This document shows, in pieces, positions 20,728 to 31,120 of a DNA stretch of 64,000 nt. Positions within the stretch are counted from its first letter, which is position 1. Every line of letters starts with the position of its first letter. The notes under the pieces are model-generated. The model was not told the DNA's origin, searched no databases, and saw only the letters and a list, made by a program, of their open reading frames with translations. The position numbers and the translations under genes are program-made. This DNA comes from an uncultured cyanobacterium (GTDB lineage Bacteria > Cyanobacteriota > Cyanobacteriia > CAKZMO01), in contig CAVRCJ010000003.1 of the NCBI GenBank assembly GCA_963719515.1, positions 296,144 through 360,143 on the forward strand, read 5' to 3'.

Positions 20728-22125
20728 ATGGCCGCACAAGACAAGTGGTTCTCAAGTCTATTCTGCCGTCAGCCCGCTGCGGCGCTTCCTGATTGGATAC
20801 CCCGTCCGCTTTCTCAAGCGTCCCAGTTTTGGCGAGTCTCTAGTCTCTTGGGGGGCATTGTTCTGGCATCGGCAGGCCTGTATGCCATTACGCGCCCCTG
20901 CGTTATCGGCCCTTGTCCGCTCCTGGCCCAACCGGTAGGCCACACGGCTGGTCTACTCGCCCCCACCGCCACCTCGGAAGACGTGGTCGAGGCCTATGAT
21001 TTGGTGCTAGAGGCGATCGCCGCTCTGAGCCATATTCCGGTTTGGTCTTCTCGCCACGCTACTGCCCAGTCCCATTTGCAGCTCTATACTGCTCAGGCTG
21101 ACGAGCTGGCCAAGCTAATGGCGGCGCTGCAGCATGGGCGAGAGGCCGCTATTGCCAGTCAGCATGCCCCCCACTCTCTCGATGTTTGGCGCAGCGTCGA
21201 GCAAGACTGGAAAAGGGCGATCGCCGAGCTAAACCGGGTTCCTGCGGGTACCTCAGGGTTCCACGTTGCCCAGCGAAAACTGCAGGAGTATGAGAACAAT
21301 CAAGCTGCGATCGCCCGCCGTATCGCCTTAGAGCAGCAGGCTCAGACGAGAGTTTCCGAAGCGCGTCAGGCTGCAGCCTTAGCGGAAGCCCGCGCCAGCC
21401 GCGCCAGATCAGCCGAAGATTGGCAATACGTCCAGGTGACTTGGCAGGTGGTTCTCGATCGCCTAGCGGAGGTGGATGGGCAGACCATGGCTCACGCTGA
21501 AGCACAGCAGCTTGAGGCCCTCTACAGCCCTCTCCATCAGCTTGCCGACGAGCAACAGCGCCAAGAGCAGCGCTCCACCGCCGTCTACCAACAGTCTAAG
21601 ACCCTGGCACGGCAGGCTGAGAGCTTTGAAGAGCAGGGGCAGTGGTCCCTGGCAGTAGCTCACTGGCAGCAGGCGCTTCAGCAGGTGCGTCAGGTGCCTG
21701 AAGATACCCTCTACTACGATCGGGCCCAGCCGCTGGTCAGCGCCTACACAAAGTCTCTGGAGCGATCGCTGCAGGGATTTCAGATTTCGTCTACGGTACA
21801 GACGTCTCGGTCAGACGTTGACCAGGCCTGTCAGCGGTCGGAACTCTGTCAGGTGACGGCGGCAAGCCACGCGATTCAAGTTTGGGTCACCGATGTCTAT
21901 CGGCAGGCGGTAGACCAAGCCATCCGCGATCGAAGCTCGGGAGCGCCTGCTACCGTAGAGAAGCCGGTGCAGTACCTCGTGCAGTCGATGGCGGCCCTCG
22001 GGACCGCGGTTCAAGTTCCCATCGAGTTTTATGATGGGGCGGGGCTGCTGATGGGCACCTACCAACCCGATACCGCCAGCTACCGTCTCCCAGCTGAGCC
22101 GGCCTTAGCTTGGGTTGCCCCCTAG
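20728..22125 (+). CDS. Hypothetical protein, N-terminal TM/signal anchor plus Ala/Gln-rich coiled-coil
   Basis: 465-aa ORF; hydrophobic N-terminal helix; long AQ-rich helical segments; no catalytic motifs. Confidence 0.4.
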   Translation: MAAQDKWFSSLFCRQPAAALPDWIPRPLSQASQFWRVSSLLGGIVLASAGLYAITRPCVIGPCPLLAQPVGHTAGLLAPTATSEDVVEAYDLVLEAIAALSHIPVWSSRHATAQSHLQLYTAQADELAKLMAALQHGREAAIASQHAPHSLDVWRSVEQDWKRAIAELNRVPAGTSGFHVAQRKLQEYENNQAAIARRIALEQQAQTRVSEARQAAALAEARASRARSAEDWQYVQVTWQVVLDRLAEVDGQTMAHAEAQQLEALYSPLHQLADEQQRQEQRSTAVYQQSKTLARQAESFEEQGQWSLAVAHWQQALQQVRQVPEDTLYYDRAQPLVSAYTKSLERSLQGFQISSTVQTSRSDVDQACQRSELCQVTAASHAIQVWVTDVYRQAVDQAIRDRSSGAPATVEKPVQYLVQSMAALGTAVQVPIEFYDGAGLLMGTYQPDTASYRLPAEPALAWVAP

Positions 22126-23381
22126 CCGAGCCTATACAGTACAGTGCGGTCTGTGGTAGGACAGTAGAGCATTTTCCCAACTTGGCAGTAAGACGAGTGC
22201 AGTCAATCCCCCCCCTCGATTTAACCCAGCAATACCAGCACATCAGCCAGGATATTAATCGGGCTGTGCTAGAAGTATTGTCCTCCGGACAATACATTAA
22301 AGGTCCACCCGTTAAGCAGTTTGAAATCGAGTTTGCCCACTACATCGGCACTTCAGACTGCGTTGCCTGTAATTCGGGCACCGATGCCCTCTACCTGGCT
22401 CTTAGAGCGTTTGATATCGGCCCCGGTGACGAGGTGATCACCACTCCCTTCACCTTCATTGCCACGGCAGAAACCATCAGCGCGGTGGGGGCCACGCCGG
22501 TTTTTGTCGATGTCGATGCCCAGACGTTTAACCTCGACCTCGAGCAGGTGGCGGCGGCAATCGGCGATCGCACGCGGGCCATCATTCCCGTACATCTGTT
22601 TGGGCAGCCCACCAATATGTCAAAGCTGATGGCGATCGCTAAATCGCGAGACCTAGTGGTCATCGAGGACTGCGCTCAGGCCGTGGGGGCGCAGTGGAAC
22701 GGTGAGACAGTGGGTAGTATTGGCGATGTGGGCTGCTTTAGCTTTTACCCCACCAAAAATCTTGGCGCTTACGGCGACGGGGGGGCGGTGACCACGAGCG
22801 ACAGCGCCGTTGCGGCCAAAATGCGAATTCTCAGCGACCACGGGCGCACCGGCACTTACTACCATGAAGCGGTAGGGGTCAACAGTCGGCTAGATAGCAT
22901 TCAGGCCGCTATCTTGCTCGTCAAGCTGCGGCACCTAAACCGGTGGAATGTTCAGCGCCGCGCCGTTGCTGAACGCTATTCTCAGGGGCTACAGGCAGCG
23001 CCTAACCTAGTCGTGCCGCTGCCGATCGCTGGAGGCTATAGCGTTTGGCATCAATACACGGTGCGGGTGCCAGAACCCCAGAGACCAGAATCCCAAAAGC
23101 CAGAATCCCAAAAGCCAAGACCACCGCAAGACCACTCCCTTCGCGATCGCCTCAAGGACGCGCTGCAGCAGCAGGGCATCAAGACGATGGTCTACTACCC
23201 GGTTCCCCTCAACCAGCAGCCGGTCTATGCCCAGACCGCTATGGCGTCATCCACCCCAACAGCGCGTCGCCTCGCCCAAGAGGTCCTGTCGCTGCCGATG
23301 TTTCCAGAGCTGACCTCAGAGCAACAGCTGCGAGTGATCCACGGTATCAAAGACGTCATGAAGATAATCAGTCCGGGGTGA
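22110..23381 (+). CDS. DegT/DnrJ/EryC1/StrS family PLP-dependent aminotransferase
   Basis: Family blocks (CNSGTDAL, ITTPFTFIATA, PTKNLGAYGDGG, SDHGR); true start probably the GTG near 22197 (VQSIPPLDL); contains a low-complexity PESQKPESQKP insert. Confidence 0.85.
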   Translation: MGCPLAEPIQYSAVCGRTVEHFPNLAVRRVQSIPPLDLTQQYQHISQDINRAVLEVLSSGQYIKGPPVKQFEIEFAHYIGTSDCVACNSGTDALYLALRAFDIGPGDEVITTPFTFIATAETISAVGATPVFVDVDAQTFNLDLEQVAAAIGDRTRAIIPVHLFGQPTNMSKLMAIAKSRDLVVIEDCAQAVGAQWNGETVGSIGDVGCFSFYPTKNLGAYGDGGAVTTSDSAVAAKMRILSDHGRTGTYYHEAVGVNSRLDSIQAAILLVKLRHLNRWNVQRRAVAERYSQGLQAAPNLVVPLPIAGGYSVWHQYTVRVPEPQRPESQKPESQKPRPPQDHSLRDRLKDALQQQGIKTMVYYPVPLNQQPVYAQTAMASSTPTARRLAQEVLSLPMFPELTSEQQLRVIHGIKDVMKIISPG

Positions 23382-23993
23382 TATTTTTCCTGAACCGTTG
23401 CCACGGGATTGTAATAAGTGTTACGTTTTAGGGACAAGAATTAGAGTTTGGCCCCTGTTTGCGGTGAGCTGCTTTACGCCGTGGTGATTTTGAGCTACAC
23501 CGCCGGTTAGAGCCCAATCTGAGAGCGCATCTATCTTTAGGAATTTCTTCAACTGATAAAGATCTTCCGGGCGCTGTGCGGATCAGATTGAAATGGGTCA
23601 ACCTAGAGTAGCGCCCAAAGATTCATGGTAAATTAAGCAATGGTTCATCCGGAACTTTTTTAGTTCCTGTGCTGCTGCGCTTGCGCAGTAAGCGCCTTCC
23701 ACGTTGGCTGGTTTACACTTCCTCAAACGGTAATTACGCGGACAAAGATGGGGCGGCGTACGGCAAGGCTTTCAGTTAAAAGAATTTGCAGATTAAAGAC
23801 TTGGTACTCCTTGAAGTTTATACCCCACGCTTTACTGCGCCTACTGTCTCTACCAACGTGTTGCTGGCGAGCCACTATTCAGCTCTTTTGTGGAAGTTCC
23901 TGCGTCAATCTGTCTCAATCTAGTCAGCTAGTCCGCCCAGCGTTAGCTTGTCTTTATTAGCTTAGCTTTTTAAACCCCGGAGGTCTCTCAAGC

Positions 23994-24431
23994 ATGTCTG
24001 TACGTCTATATGTGGGCAACCTACCCAAAGATCTAGAGCGTCAAGAACTAGAAACCGTTTTCGCAGAATATGGAGATTCAGCCTCTACCAAGCTGATCAC
24101 CGACCGCAAGACCGGTAAGTGCCGTGGCTTTGCCTTCGTCACCGTTCAAGATGACGACCAAGCCAATCAAATTATCGAAAAGTTCAACGGCTACGACTTC
24201 AACGGGAGCGAGCTCAAAATCGAGAAGGCTCAGCCCCGCGCCAAGGAAAAAGAGGAAGGCGGTACAACTGAAACCCCCAACACCGCGAAGCGCAAGGGCG
24301 TCAAGGGAGGTCGGAAAAGCAGCGGCAGCGGCGGCACAACAGCCACCGAAGCCACGCAGCCGGATCCTCGCTGGGCTCAGGAGCTAGAGAAGCTTAAAGA
24401 GCTACTTGCGGCCCAAGCGACTAATTCCTAG
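23994..24431 (+). CDS. rbp: RRM-type RNA-binding protein (cyanobacterial Rbp)
   Basis: RNP2 LYVGNL and RNP1 RGFAFV motifs; Gly-rich basic C-terminus; ~600-bp upstream non-coding leader. Confidence 0.9.
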   Translation: MSVRLYVGNLPKDLERQELETVFAEYGDSASTKLITDRKTGKCRGFAFVTVQDDDQANQIIEKFNGYDFNGSELKIEKAQPRAKEKEEGGTTETPNTAKRKGVKGGRKSSGSGGTTATEATQPDPRWAQELEKLKELLAAQATNS

Positions 24432-24437
24432 GCTGTA

Positions 24438-26717
24438 TTATGCCTTGCGCCGGGCCGTATCGAACCGCTGTTCTAGAGCGGTTATGGCCGGGCAGGGCCG
24501 CTGCGGCTCAAGGTGCTCAGGCCGCTTCCAGCTGAAGGGTGCTTCTTGGGCTGCGGATAGCCAAAGCAGTCGCTGAGCCCGGGTCATCGCAACGTAGAGC
24601 AGGCGATACTCCTCTGACACCTTTAGATGGTTAGAGTCTTGCCAGGCTTGGGCAACGTTGGGGATAGCCCTTTGGCCATGAACGACTGCCCGCATCTGAG
24701 TACGGGCAGCATCTGCCAAGTTGATGCGCCCCAAAAAGTGCAGCGGGGCAGGCACCCAAGACTGGCCGGGCAGCGTTCTTTCGTGTAAAAGCGGCAGGAA
24801 CACGATGTCCCAATCTAGCCCCTTAGCGCGATGCATCGTCATGATGGTGAGCTGGCGCGGGCGGCGGTATAAAGCGTCTAAGTCATCCACCTCGACGGGC
24901 TCAAAGCTCTCGGAGTCGACTAGAGTTTCCAACTGTTCTAGCAGGCTAGGGGGTCCGCTTTGGGCGAGGCGCGATGCCAGTTTATCGGCGGTCGCTAGGT
25001 CGGTAGGCGAGTAGCGCAGCGCTAGAGCCAAAAAAGAAATTAGCTGGTAGGTCGGTAGCTCAAGCCTTGCCCTAAGCAAGCTAGTGCAGTAGCGCTGCGC
25101 TTGGGTGATGGCGGCTGTAGGCGACGCCGATAGGGGGTTGGGATAGAGGAACTGCTCTGGAACCGCTGCTAGGGCGTCAAAGGCCTGGGACTGAATGAGT
25201 CGGTGATGGGCCAGCAGGCTCAGCGCCGCCTTGAGATAATCTGACGAGTGAGGCCGCTCCAAAAATCTCAGCAGCGTCAGCATTTCTATCGGCACCACCG
25301 ACTGCCGCTGGCGATCGCCGGCATCAAAGACGGCGATACCTTCGCTGACCAAATCAATGGACAGGCCATAGGTTTGAGGGTCCTGTAGCACCTGAGCCAC
25401 AAAGCTGGCCTGACGATTTTCCCGCACCAGCACCGCCGCCCGCCAGGTCGGGTTTTGAGTAAGCTGCTCTAGGGCGATCGCCGCAATGCGCTCTAAGGAG
25501 TCGTAGATTGTCTTAGGGCGATAAATCTCTAGACCGCCCAGGACCGCAGGTGGATTGGCCTCGGGCTGAGGGTCTCCTTTGGGGACGGGCTGAATGTACT
25601 GGGGGCGAAACGGCAGCTCCTGGGGGCAGTTGCGGTTGGCCCAGTCCACCAAAAAGTTGGCCGCCTGCAAAATGATAGGGGTACTACGCCCCGCTTGAGT
25701 CATTTCCGTCAGCTGCCCGTCGGCTGCGCACTGCTCGCAAAATCGCCGGAAGAAGACGGGGTCTGCGGGAGTAAAGGTGGAGTTGATGGCCTGGTTGGGG
25801 TCTCCTACCCGCACCAGGTTGGGGGCAGTGCTAGATGGTCTCCGAGCGAGGACGTCGAGCAGGGCGGCCTGGAGGGGTGAGGAATCTTGAGCTTCGTCTT
25901 CAAAAATGCCGTAGAGCTGAGACTGCCATAGCTCACGGGCTGACCCGTCTTGGAGCACCTTGAGGGCCGCTAGAATGATGTCGTCGTAGTCAAACAGCTG
26001 ACGGCCAAGCCTCAGCTGCTGATACTGCTCGTACAGCCCTGCCGCAATTTCCAAAAGGCTGTAGGACTCGTCAACGTCAACGCCCTGGGTGGCCACCATG
26101 CGCTGTAGGTCCGACGGTGATAGGCCTGAGCTCTTGGCCTCGTGGACTACCACATAGGTTAGCCGGGGCAGCAAATCGGTTCGCAGCACCGACTGTCGTC
26201 GCAGCCGTTCGGTTTCCTCCCCGTCAAACTGCTGCCCTTCAATCAGCTGGCCATAGCTCACTGGGTTGTCAACAATCCATCGCTCTACCGCGCTACGAAT
26301 CAGGTAGTGATTTTGGTTGGGAGAACTGAGGCGGGTATGGCTAGGGTCGATGCCCGACAGCTCCGGGTGACGCGTGGCGATCGCGTAGGCGAGGCCGTGC
26401 AGGGTATAGACCGCAAAGCCTACGGGCGGCACCGACAACATCTGAAGATAGTGGCGAACCTTTGCCTTGAGGCTGGCCACTGCGGAGCGGGTGAAGGTGA
26501 CAAGTACGAGCTGTCCCTGGCGCTGAGATTGAGCTGCACGAGCCACGGCTAGAGCAGCGGCGATCGCCATCCCTGTAGATTTCCCGGAGCCCGGCACGGC
26601 AGATACCGCTAGCGTCCCCCCCTGCCAGTCGGCCATGGGCAGCTGGCCTGCCCGCAGCTGCGATCGCAGCTGCGCCGCGCCGACGTCTAGAGTTGGGGAA
26701 GGGTCCGCTATAGTCAT
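24438..26717 (-). CDS. UvrD/Rep/PcrA-family superfamily-1 DNA helicase
   Basis: Walker A AVPGSGKST, motif II FEDEAQD, motif V/VI TMHRAKGLDWDIVF and YVAMTRAQ. Confidence 0.8.
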   Translation of the reverse strand: MTIADPSPTLDVGAAQLRSQLRAGQLPMADWQGGTLAVSAVPGSGKSTGMAIAAALAVARAAQSQRQGQLVLVTFTRSAVASLKAKVRHYLQMLSVPPVGFAVYTLHGLAYAIATRHPELSGIDPSHTRLSSPNQNHYLIRSAVERWIVDNPVSYGQLIEGQQFDGEETERLRRQSVLRTDLLPRLTYVVVHEAKSSGLSPSDLQRMVATQGVDVDESYSLLEIAAGLYEQYQQLRLGRQLFDYDDIILAALKVLQDGSARELWQSQLYGIFEDEAQDSSPLQAALLDVLARRPSSTAPNLVRVGDPNQAINSTFTPADPVFFRRFCEQCAADGQLTEMTQAGRSTPIILQAANFLVDWANRNCPQELPFRPQYIQPVPKGDPQPEANPPAVLGGLEIYRPKTIYDSLERIAAIALEQLTQNPTWRAAVLVRENRQASFVAQVLQDPQTYGLSIDLVSEGIAVFDAGDRQRQSVVPIEMLTLLRFLERPHSSDYLKAALSLLAHHRLIQSQAFDALAAVPEQFLYPNPLSASPTAAITQAQRYCTSLLRARLELPTYQLISFLALALRYSPTDLATADKLASRLAQSGPPSLLEQLETLVDSESFEPVEVDDLDALYRRPRQLTIMTMHRAKGLDWDIVFLPLLHERTLPGQSWVPAPLHFLGRINLADAARTQMRAVVHGQRAIPNVAQAWQDSNHLKVSEEYRLLYVAMTRAQRLLWLSAAQEAPFSWKRPEHLEPQRPCPAITALEQRFDTARRKA

Positions 26718-26909
26718 GATGCAATTCCAAAAACGGGACGGGCGTAAGGAACGTAGTCTCTACTATTGTGGCGAATAGTAGCCAATCTCCTGCAATATGA
26801 GGGTAGTGTATTGACATCTCAAATAGGACAGCAGATCCAACAGGATTGCGATCGCCCTGTTGTGGGAACTCAAGCCACCACTTTATCTGTAGGAACAGAA
26901 TTCAGCGCG

Positions 26910-28187
26910 ATGGGAGTTGGACTAAAAACGATAGGCCTCGTTGGCCCTGCTCTAGCTGGCTCTGCTGCAGTCGCTTTATTGGCGATCGCTGACGCAGGTC
27001 CCGCTAGGGCCGCTGCCCTGACAGTCGAGGCAGGCGACGTTAAAGCTGAATATAGCGACACTGAGGGTGACGTCTGCGTCGAATCTCCCAGTTTGACCAT
27101 CACCCGTGGTGAGGCGATCGCCTTTGACGAGGCGATCGCCAGCGAGCTGGGCATCTGTCAGCAGGATCAATTTGAGCTGCGAGATTTAGACCAAGACGGC
27201 GAACCTGAGATACTGATTGATTTTTACAGCGGTGGAGCGCACTGCTGCTGGTTTACTCAGGTGTATCGCTACGACGCTGACCAAGGGCAGTATCGGGCGA
27301 ACGAGCAGTCCTGGGGCAATGGAGGTAGCGCCATCTTGGAGGATTTGGAAGGTGACGGCCAGCCAGAGTTTGTCAGCCGTGACGATCGCTTCGCCTACCA
27401 GTTTTCGTCCTTTGCCGATTCGGCTTTTCCACCCCAGATTTGGCGTTACGGCGACGGCACCTTCATCGACGTAACGCGCCAGTACCCCGATCAGGTCTAC
27501 GACGAGGCCTATGGGCTGTGGCAGCTATATGGGCAAGCGCGGGTGAGCGGGCGGGAGACTAAGGGCGTCCTAGCGGCTTATCTGGCCACCAAGCATTTGC
27601 TTGGCCAAGCCGAGGACGGCTGGCAGCGGGTACAAGCGGCTTATCAAGGCGGCGATCGCCCCCAGTTTTTTGCCGACCTATCCACGTTTTTACAGCAGAC
27701 CGGCTACACTGCTGCTTTTCCCGCTTCCGAATTTTCCGGTACGCCTGCGCTTCCTGCTACAGACGACAGCGGGACCTCACTTTTGCTAGAGCAGCAGGGC
27801 AGCCTCGATCCCGGTGACGGTATTTTGCCCACCGATGGCAGCCTTTACGATGAGCATCTATTCACGGCGGAGGCCGGAGACGTGGTGCTGATTCGCCTGG
27901 AGAGCGATACATTCGACCCCTACCTGTTTTTGGTGGGGCCTCAAGGAGAGCTGATTGCCCAAAATGATGATGCTAGTGAGTCTGACATCAGCGCGGTACT
28001 GGAGGTGAGGTTACCGCAGTCGGGGGCCTACCGGGCGATCGCCAACTCTTACAACAGCACGGGGCGGGGGGGCTATCAGCTCACCGTTCGCCGCCGCCAA
28101 ATCGGCACCTCTTCTGAGGAAAGCGCTGTAGAGGCGGAGCTTGAGGGGCGCGATGAGGCCGGTGAAGAGGAGTTAGGCGACCGCTAG
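26910..28187 (+). CDS. Secreted hypothetical protein with C-terminal PPC (pre-peptidase C-terminal) domain
   Basis: Signal-peptide-like start MGVGLKTIGLVGPALAGSAAVALLA; C-terminal PPC-like block (YLFLVGPQGELIAQNDDASESD...GAYRAIANSYN). Confidence 0.5.
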   Translation: MGVGLKTIGLVGPALAGSAAVALLAIADAGPARAAALTVEAGDVKAEYSDTEGDVCVESPSLTITRGEAIAFDEAIASELGICQQDQFELRDLDQDGEPEILIDFYSGGAHCCWFTQVYRYDADQGQYRANEQSWGNGGSAILEDLEGDGQPEFVSRDDRFAYQFSSFADSAFPPQIWRYGDGTFIDVTRQYPDQVYDEAYGLWQLYGQARVSGRETKGVLAAYLATKHLLGQAEDGWQRVQAAYQGGDRPQFFADLSTFLQQTGYTAAFPASEFSGTPALPATDDSGTSLLLEQQGSLDPGDGILPTDGSLYDEHLFTAEAGDVVLIRLESDTFDPYLFLVGPQGELIAQNDDASESDISAVLEVRLPQSGAYRAIANSYNSTGRGGYQLTVRRRQIGTSSEESAVEAELEGRDEAGEEELGDR

Positions 28188-28260
28188 ATTAATTCGCACA
28201 GCTTGGTTTACTCGGTGGCTTGACGGCAGCAATCTTGATTTCACCAAACCAAGATGTCAC

Positions 28261-28266
28261 TATAAT
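28261..28266 (+). promoter_or_regulatory. Candidate -10 box (TATAAT) for the phosphoribosyltransferase gene
   Basis: Perfect TATAAT 40 bp upstream of the ATG at 28306; TTGACG/TTGATT candidates lie 20-35 bp further upstream. Confidence 0.3.
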
Positions 28267-28305
28267 CAACAAAAATCAACTGCGGAATGTCGCTACAGGG
28301 AGTCT

Positions 28306-28833
28306 ATGTCAGACCTGCATATCTCTTGGCCAGAGTACTACGACAAAGTTGAGCGGCTCGCCGCCAGCGTTCACCAATCGGGGTGGGAGTTCAATCAGAT
28401 CGTCTGTATTGCCAAGGGAGGGTTACGCGTTGGCGATACCCTAGCCCGCCTGTTCGACGTGCCGCTGGCGGTGATGGCCACGAGCTCTTATCGGGGTGTG
28501 GGCAGCCACAGCACTCGAGAGAAAATTGTGTTCTCTCAGCACTTGGCGATGACGACTCAAAACCTGGGGAGCCGCGTGCTGCTGGTAGATGACTTGGCGG
28601 ACTCCGGCGTTACCCTGGAGCGCAGCGTGGCCTGGCTACAGTACCACTACGGGTTCTATATCGAGACGGTGCGCACGGCAGTGCTGTGGTACAAGAGCTG
28701 TTCGGTCGCTAAGCCAGACTATTATGTGGACTACCTGCCAGACGACCCCTGGATTCATCAGCCTTTTGAGCGCTATGAAGCGATGAGTCCAGCGGATCTA
28801 TCGCGATCGCTAGAGGCTGTGCAGAGGTCTTGA
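28306..28833 (+). CDS. Phosphoribosyltransferase family protein (purine PRTase-like)
   Basis: PRPP-binding motif VLLVDDLADSGVTL; ~175 aa. Confidence 0.7.
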   Translation: MSDLHISWPEYYDKVERLAASVHQSGWEFNQIVCIAKGGLRVGDTLARLFDVPLAVMATSSYRGVGSHSTREKIVFSQHLAMTTQNLGSRVLLVDDLADSGVTLERSVAWLQYHYGFYIETVRTAVLWYKSCSVAKPDYYVDYLPDDPWIHQPFERYEAMSPADLSRSLEAVQRS

Positions 28834-28862
28834 GGTAGTGGAGTCATAGCAAGTCCTAAGCA

Positions 28863-29801
28863 TTAGGACATCTGCTGTAAGTGCCCCTTGATGGCAAACC
28901 AACCCTCCCGCAGTTTCCAAAACTTGCTGGTCTTCATCGCCTCCACCTCTCCGGCTAGCTCTCCGGCCCTCGCCTCTAGGGTCTGCACCCGCTGCTCTAG
29001 TGCCTGAATGCGCCGTTCGCGGGCCACCACCGCGCGGTGCCGCTCTTCCAGCCGAGCGTACTTATCGGTAAACTCTTGCTGCAGGACCGTCATCCGCCGC
29101 GACCGCCACTCCGGCTGCTGATAGACCGGCAGCTGGTTTTGAATTTCAAACACTTCCGCAAACAGGGCGCGAATATCGCTGGAGGCGCCGCCTTGGCTGT
29201 AGGAGGCGATCGCTCGGGGTATATGATGCACCATCAGCTCGGGGTGGGCCAGCAGCCGCACAAACCAGTCGTAGTCGGCGGCAATTTTATAGCGCTCGCA
29301 AAATGGCCCCAGCACCTTAAATAGATCAGCGCTGAAGAAGCTGGCGGGCTGAATAAAGCAGTTGCCCAGATACACCAGCTCCGCGAGCGTCTCCTCCGGC
29401 GGGGCCGGTTCATAATGGCGGCCTGCCACATTCCCAAGGTGCCGAGTTTCGTGGTTGCCGTAAATAAAGTCGCAATCGGGGTGAGCCTGACTGTAGGCCA
29501 TTACGTCAGCCACAACCTCATCGTCGAGCAGGTAATCGTCGGCGTTGGCAAAATAAACCCAATCGCCTGTGGCCCGAGCAACGCCCTTATTCATGGCCTG
29601 GTAAATCCCCTCATCCGGTTCTGTAATCAGGGTAGTAATGCGATCGCTGTAGCAACGGAGCAGATCAAGGGTGCCATCCGTAGAAGCGCCATCTACCACG
29701 ATGTACTCTAGCGGAGCGTAGGTTTGGGCCAAAACCTGCTGGATGGTTTTTTCTAAGGTTGCCGCCGCGTTATAGCAGACAGTGATGATTGAAACCTTCA
29801 T
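28863..29801 (-). CDS. Family 2 glycosyltransferase
   Basis: N-terminal GT-A fold (SIITVCYNAA...VVDGASTDGT, DxD ANADD); C-terminal coiled-coil tail. Confidence 0.85.
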   Translation of the reverse strand: MKVSIITVCYNAAATLEKTIQQVLAQTYAPLEYIVVDGASTDGTLDLLRCYSDRITTLITEPDEGIYQAMNKGVARATGDWVYFANADDYLLDDEVVADVMAYSQAHPDCDFIYGNHETRHLGNVAGRHYEPAPPEETLAELVYLGNCFIQPASFFSADLFKVLGPFCERYKIAADYDWFVRLLAHPELMVHHIPRAIASYSQGGASSDIRALFAEVFEIQNQLPVYQQPEWRSRRMTVLQQEFTDKYARLEERHRAVVARERRIQALEQRVQTLEARAGELAGEVEAMKTSKFWKLREGWFAIKGHLQQMS

Positions 29802-29870
29802 GCGCGACCCGCCTGTGATGGTGCTCAGTCTGTTACTTCGATTTGCCGACCTTATCTACCCTGCTGCCGG

Positions 29871-31106
29871 CTACACCTCCCCCTGCATGACTTGCTTCAG
29901 AGTCGTCAACATCCCCAGCGTAATAGGACCGCGATAGTGCCCTCGATCGTTGGACATCCCCAGAAATAGGGGATAGCCCTGAGACGAAATGCGTCTAAAG
30001 CGGGGGGAAGTATTGATATAGACCGTAGCACTGGTGATCGCTGTGGCGAACCGACGACTCTCTGAGTAGGAATCTGTGACTAAGCAGTCAGCATGGCCGC
30101 TGCTGTGGCTATTAATCCACCGAGCGGCCTGCGTTACGTTCTCCACCGTTTTGAGCGTCACGGTGCGGTTCAGGCTCGCCTGGGTCCAGGATTCCTCTTC
30201 AGCAACGGCGAGCTCCGGAAACTTTGCCACCATGACGGCATCGCCCTTGAGCCTAAATCCTTTACTTACCAAATTGTCCAGCAGCTCGCGCGTCTCGCGG
30301 TCGTCGCAGCGCTGGTCGATCAAAACTTTTTCGACCGCGTTGACTGGATCGGGCTCGCTCTTATGGCTGTCTACCACGATGCGATTGACAAGTTCAGCGC
30401 TGCCAGAACTACCCCAATAGAGATAGCAGTTGCCGATGGCGGTTTTCAAAACTGGAACTGTGGCCTGTGCAACGACCTGATTCACTAAACTTCGACGACC
30501 GTAGGGAATGACGAGGTTAACGCCCCGGGTGACGGTCACTAGCTCACGCACTAGGTTGCCCTGGTCTGACGGCAGCAGCTGTACGCTGTGCTCGGCAAGC
30601 CCAGTTTCCTGTAGGGCTTCCTGCAGCACTTTGGCGATGGCGCGGTTTGAATGGCTGGCTTCGCTTCCGCCTTTGAGAATAAGGGCGTTGCCGGTTCTGA
30701 GACTAAATCCCGCCATAATAGCGCTCAGCTCTGGAAATGATTCGTAAATCAGCGCGACGACGCCCAGCGGCATAGATTGACCAACGACTAAGCCTTGGTT
30801 GGCGGCATAGGGGGTTGCGAAAACCTGATTGAGCGGGTCCGGGCATTGAGCGAGCCGCTCTAGAATTTGAACTGTCGTCGTCAGCCGCTCTGGCGTCAGC
30901 TTCAGCCAGTCGAGAATCAAGGCGGGGACGGCCATCTCCCGACTGGCTTCTAGGTCTAGCGTGTTCGCTTCTAAGATGTCGTCTCGATGGGTCTCGAGCA
31001 ACCTGGCCATCAAGGTGATGCAGCGGCTGCGCAGATCTGCTGGTGTCGCTCTCAGTAGCGGGACAACTTGACGGGATGCGTGAATGGCAGAGTCTATTAT
31101 TGTAGT
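29871..31106 (-). CDS. proA: Gamma-glutamyl phosphate reductase (glutamate-5-semialdehyde dehydrogenase)
   Basis: Full-length similarity to ProA (PLGVVALIYESFP, NALILKGGSEA, C-terminal GPITLGMLTTLK); the 513-aa ORF over-extends; the probable start is TTG near 31106 preceded by AAGG; start position uncertain. Confidence 0.8.
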   Translation of the reverse strand, partial: TTIIDSAIHASRQVVPLLRATPADLRSRCITLMARLLETHRDDILEANTLDLEASREMAVPALILDWLKLTPERLTTTVQILERLAQCPDPLNQVFATPYAANQGLVVGQSMPLGVVALIYESFPELSAIMAGFSLRTGNALILKGGSEASHSNRAIAKVLQEALQETGLAEHSVQLLPSDQGNLVRELVTVTRGVNLVIPYGRRSLVNQVVAQATVPVLKTAIGNCYLYWGSSGSAELVNRIVVDSHKSEPDPVNAVEKVLIDQRCDDRETRELLDNLVSKGFRLKGDAVMVAKFPELAVAEEESWTQASLNRTVTLKTVENVTQAARWINSHSSGHADCLVTDSYSESRRFATAITSATVYINTSPRFRRISSQGYPLFLGMSNDRGHYRGPITLGMLTTLKQVMQGEV

Positions 31107-31120
31107 CAAGGCATTAACCT

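Noticed and set aside
24438-26717. UvrD-like helicase as part of a defence system (Gabija/DISARM-like)
   Set aside because: It stands alone without a partner nuclease or ATPase, and its flanks are housekeeping genes (rbp, a PPC-domain protein); it is most simply a core repair/recombination helicase.
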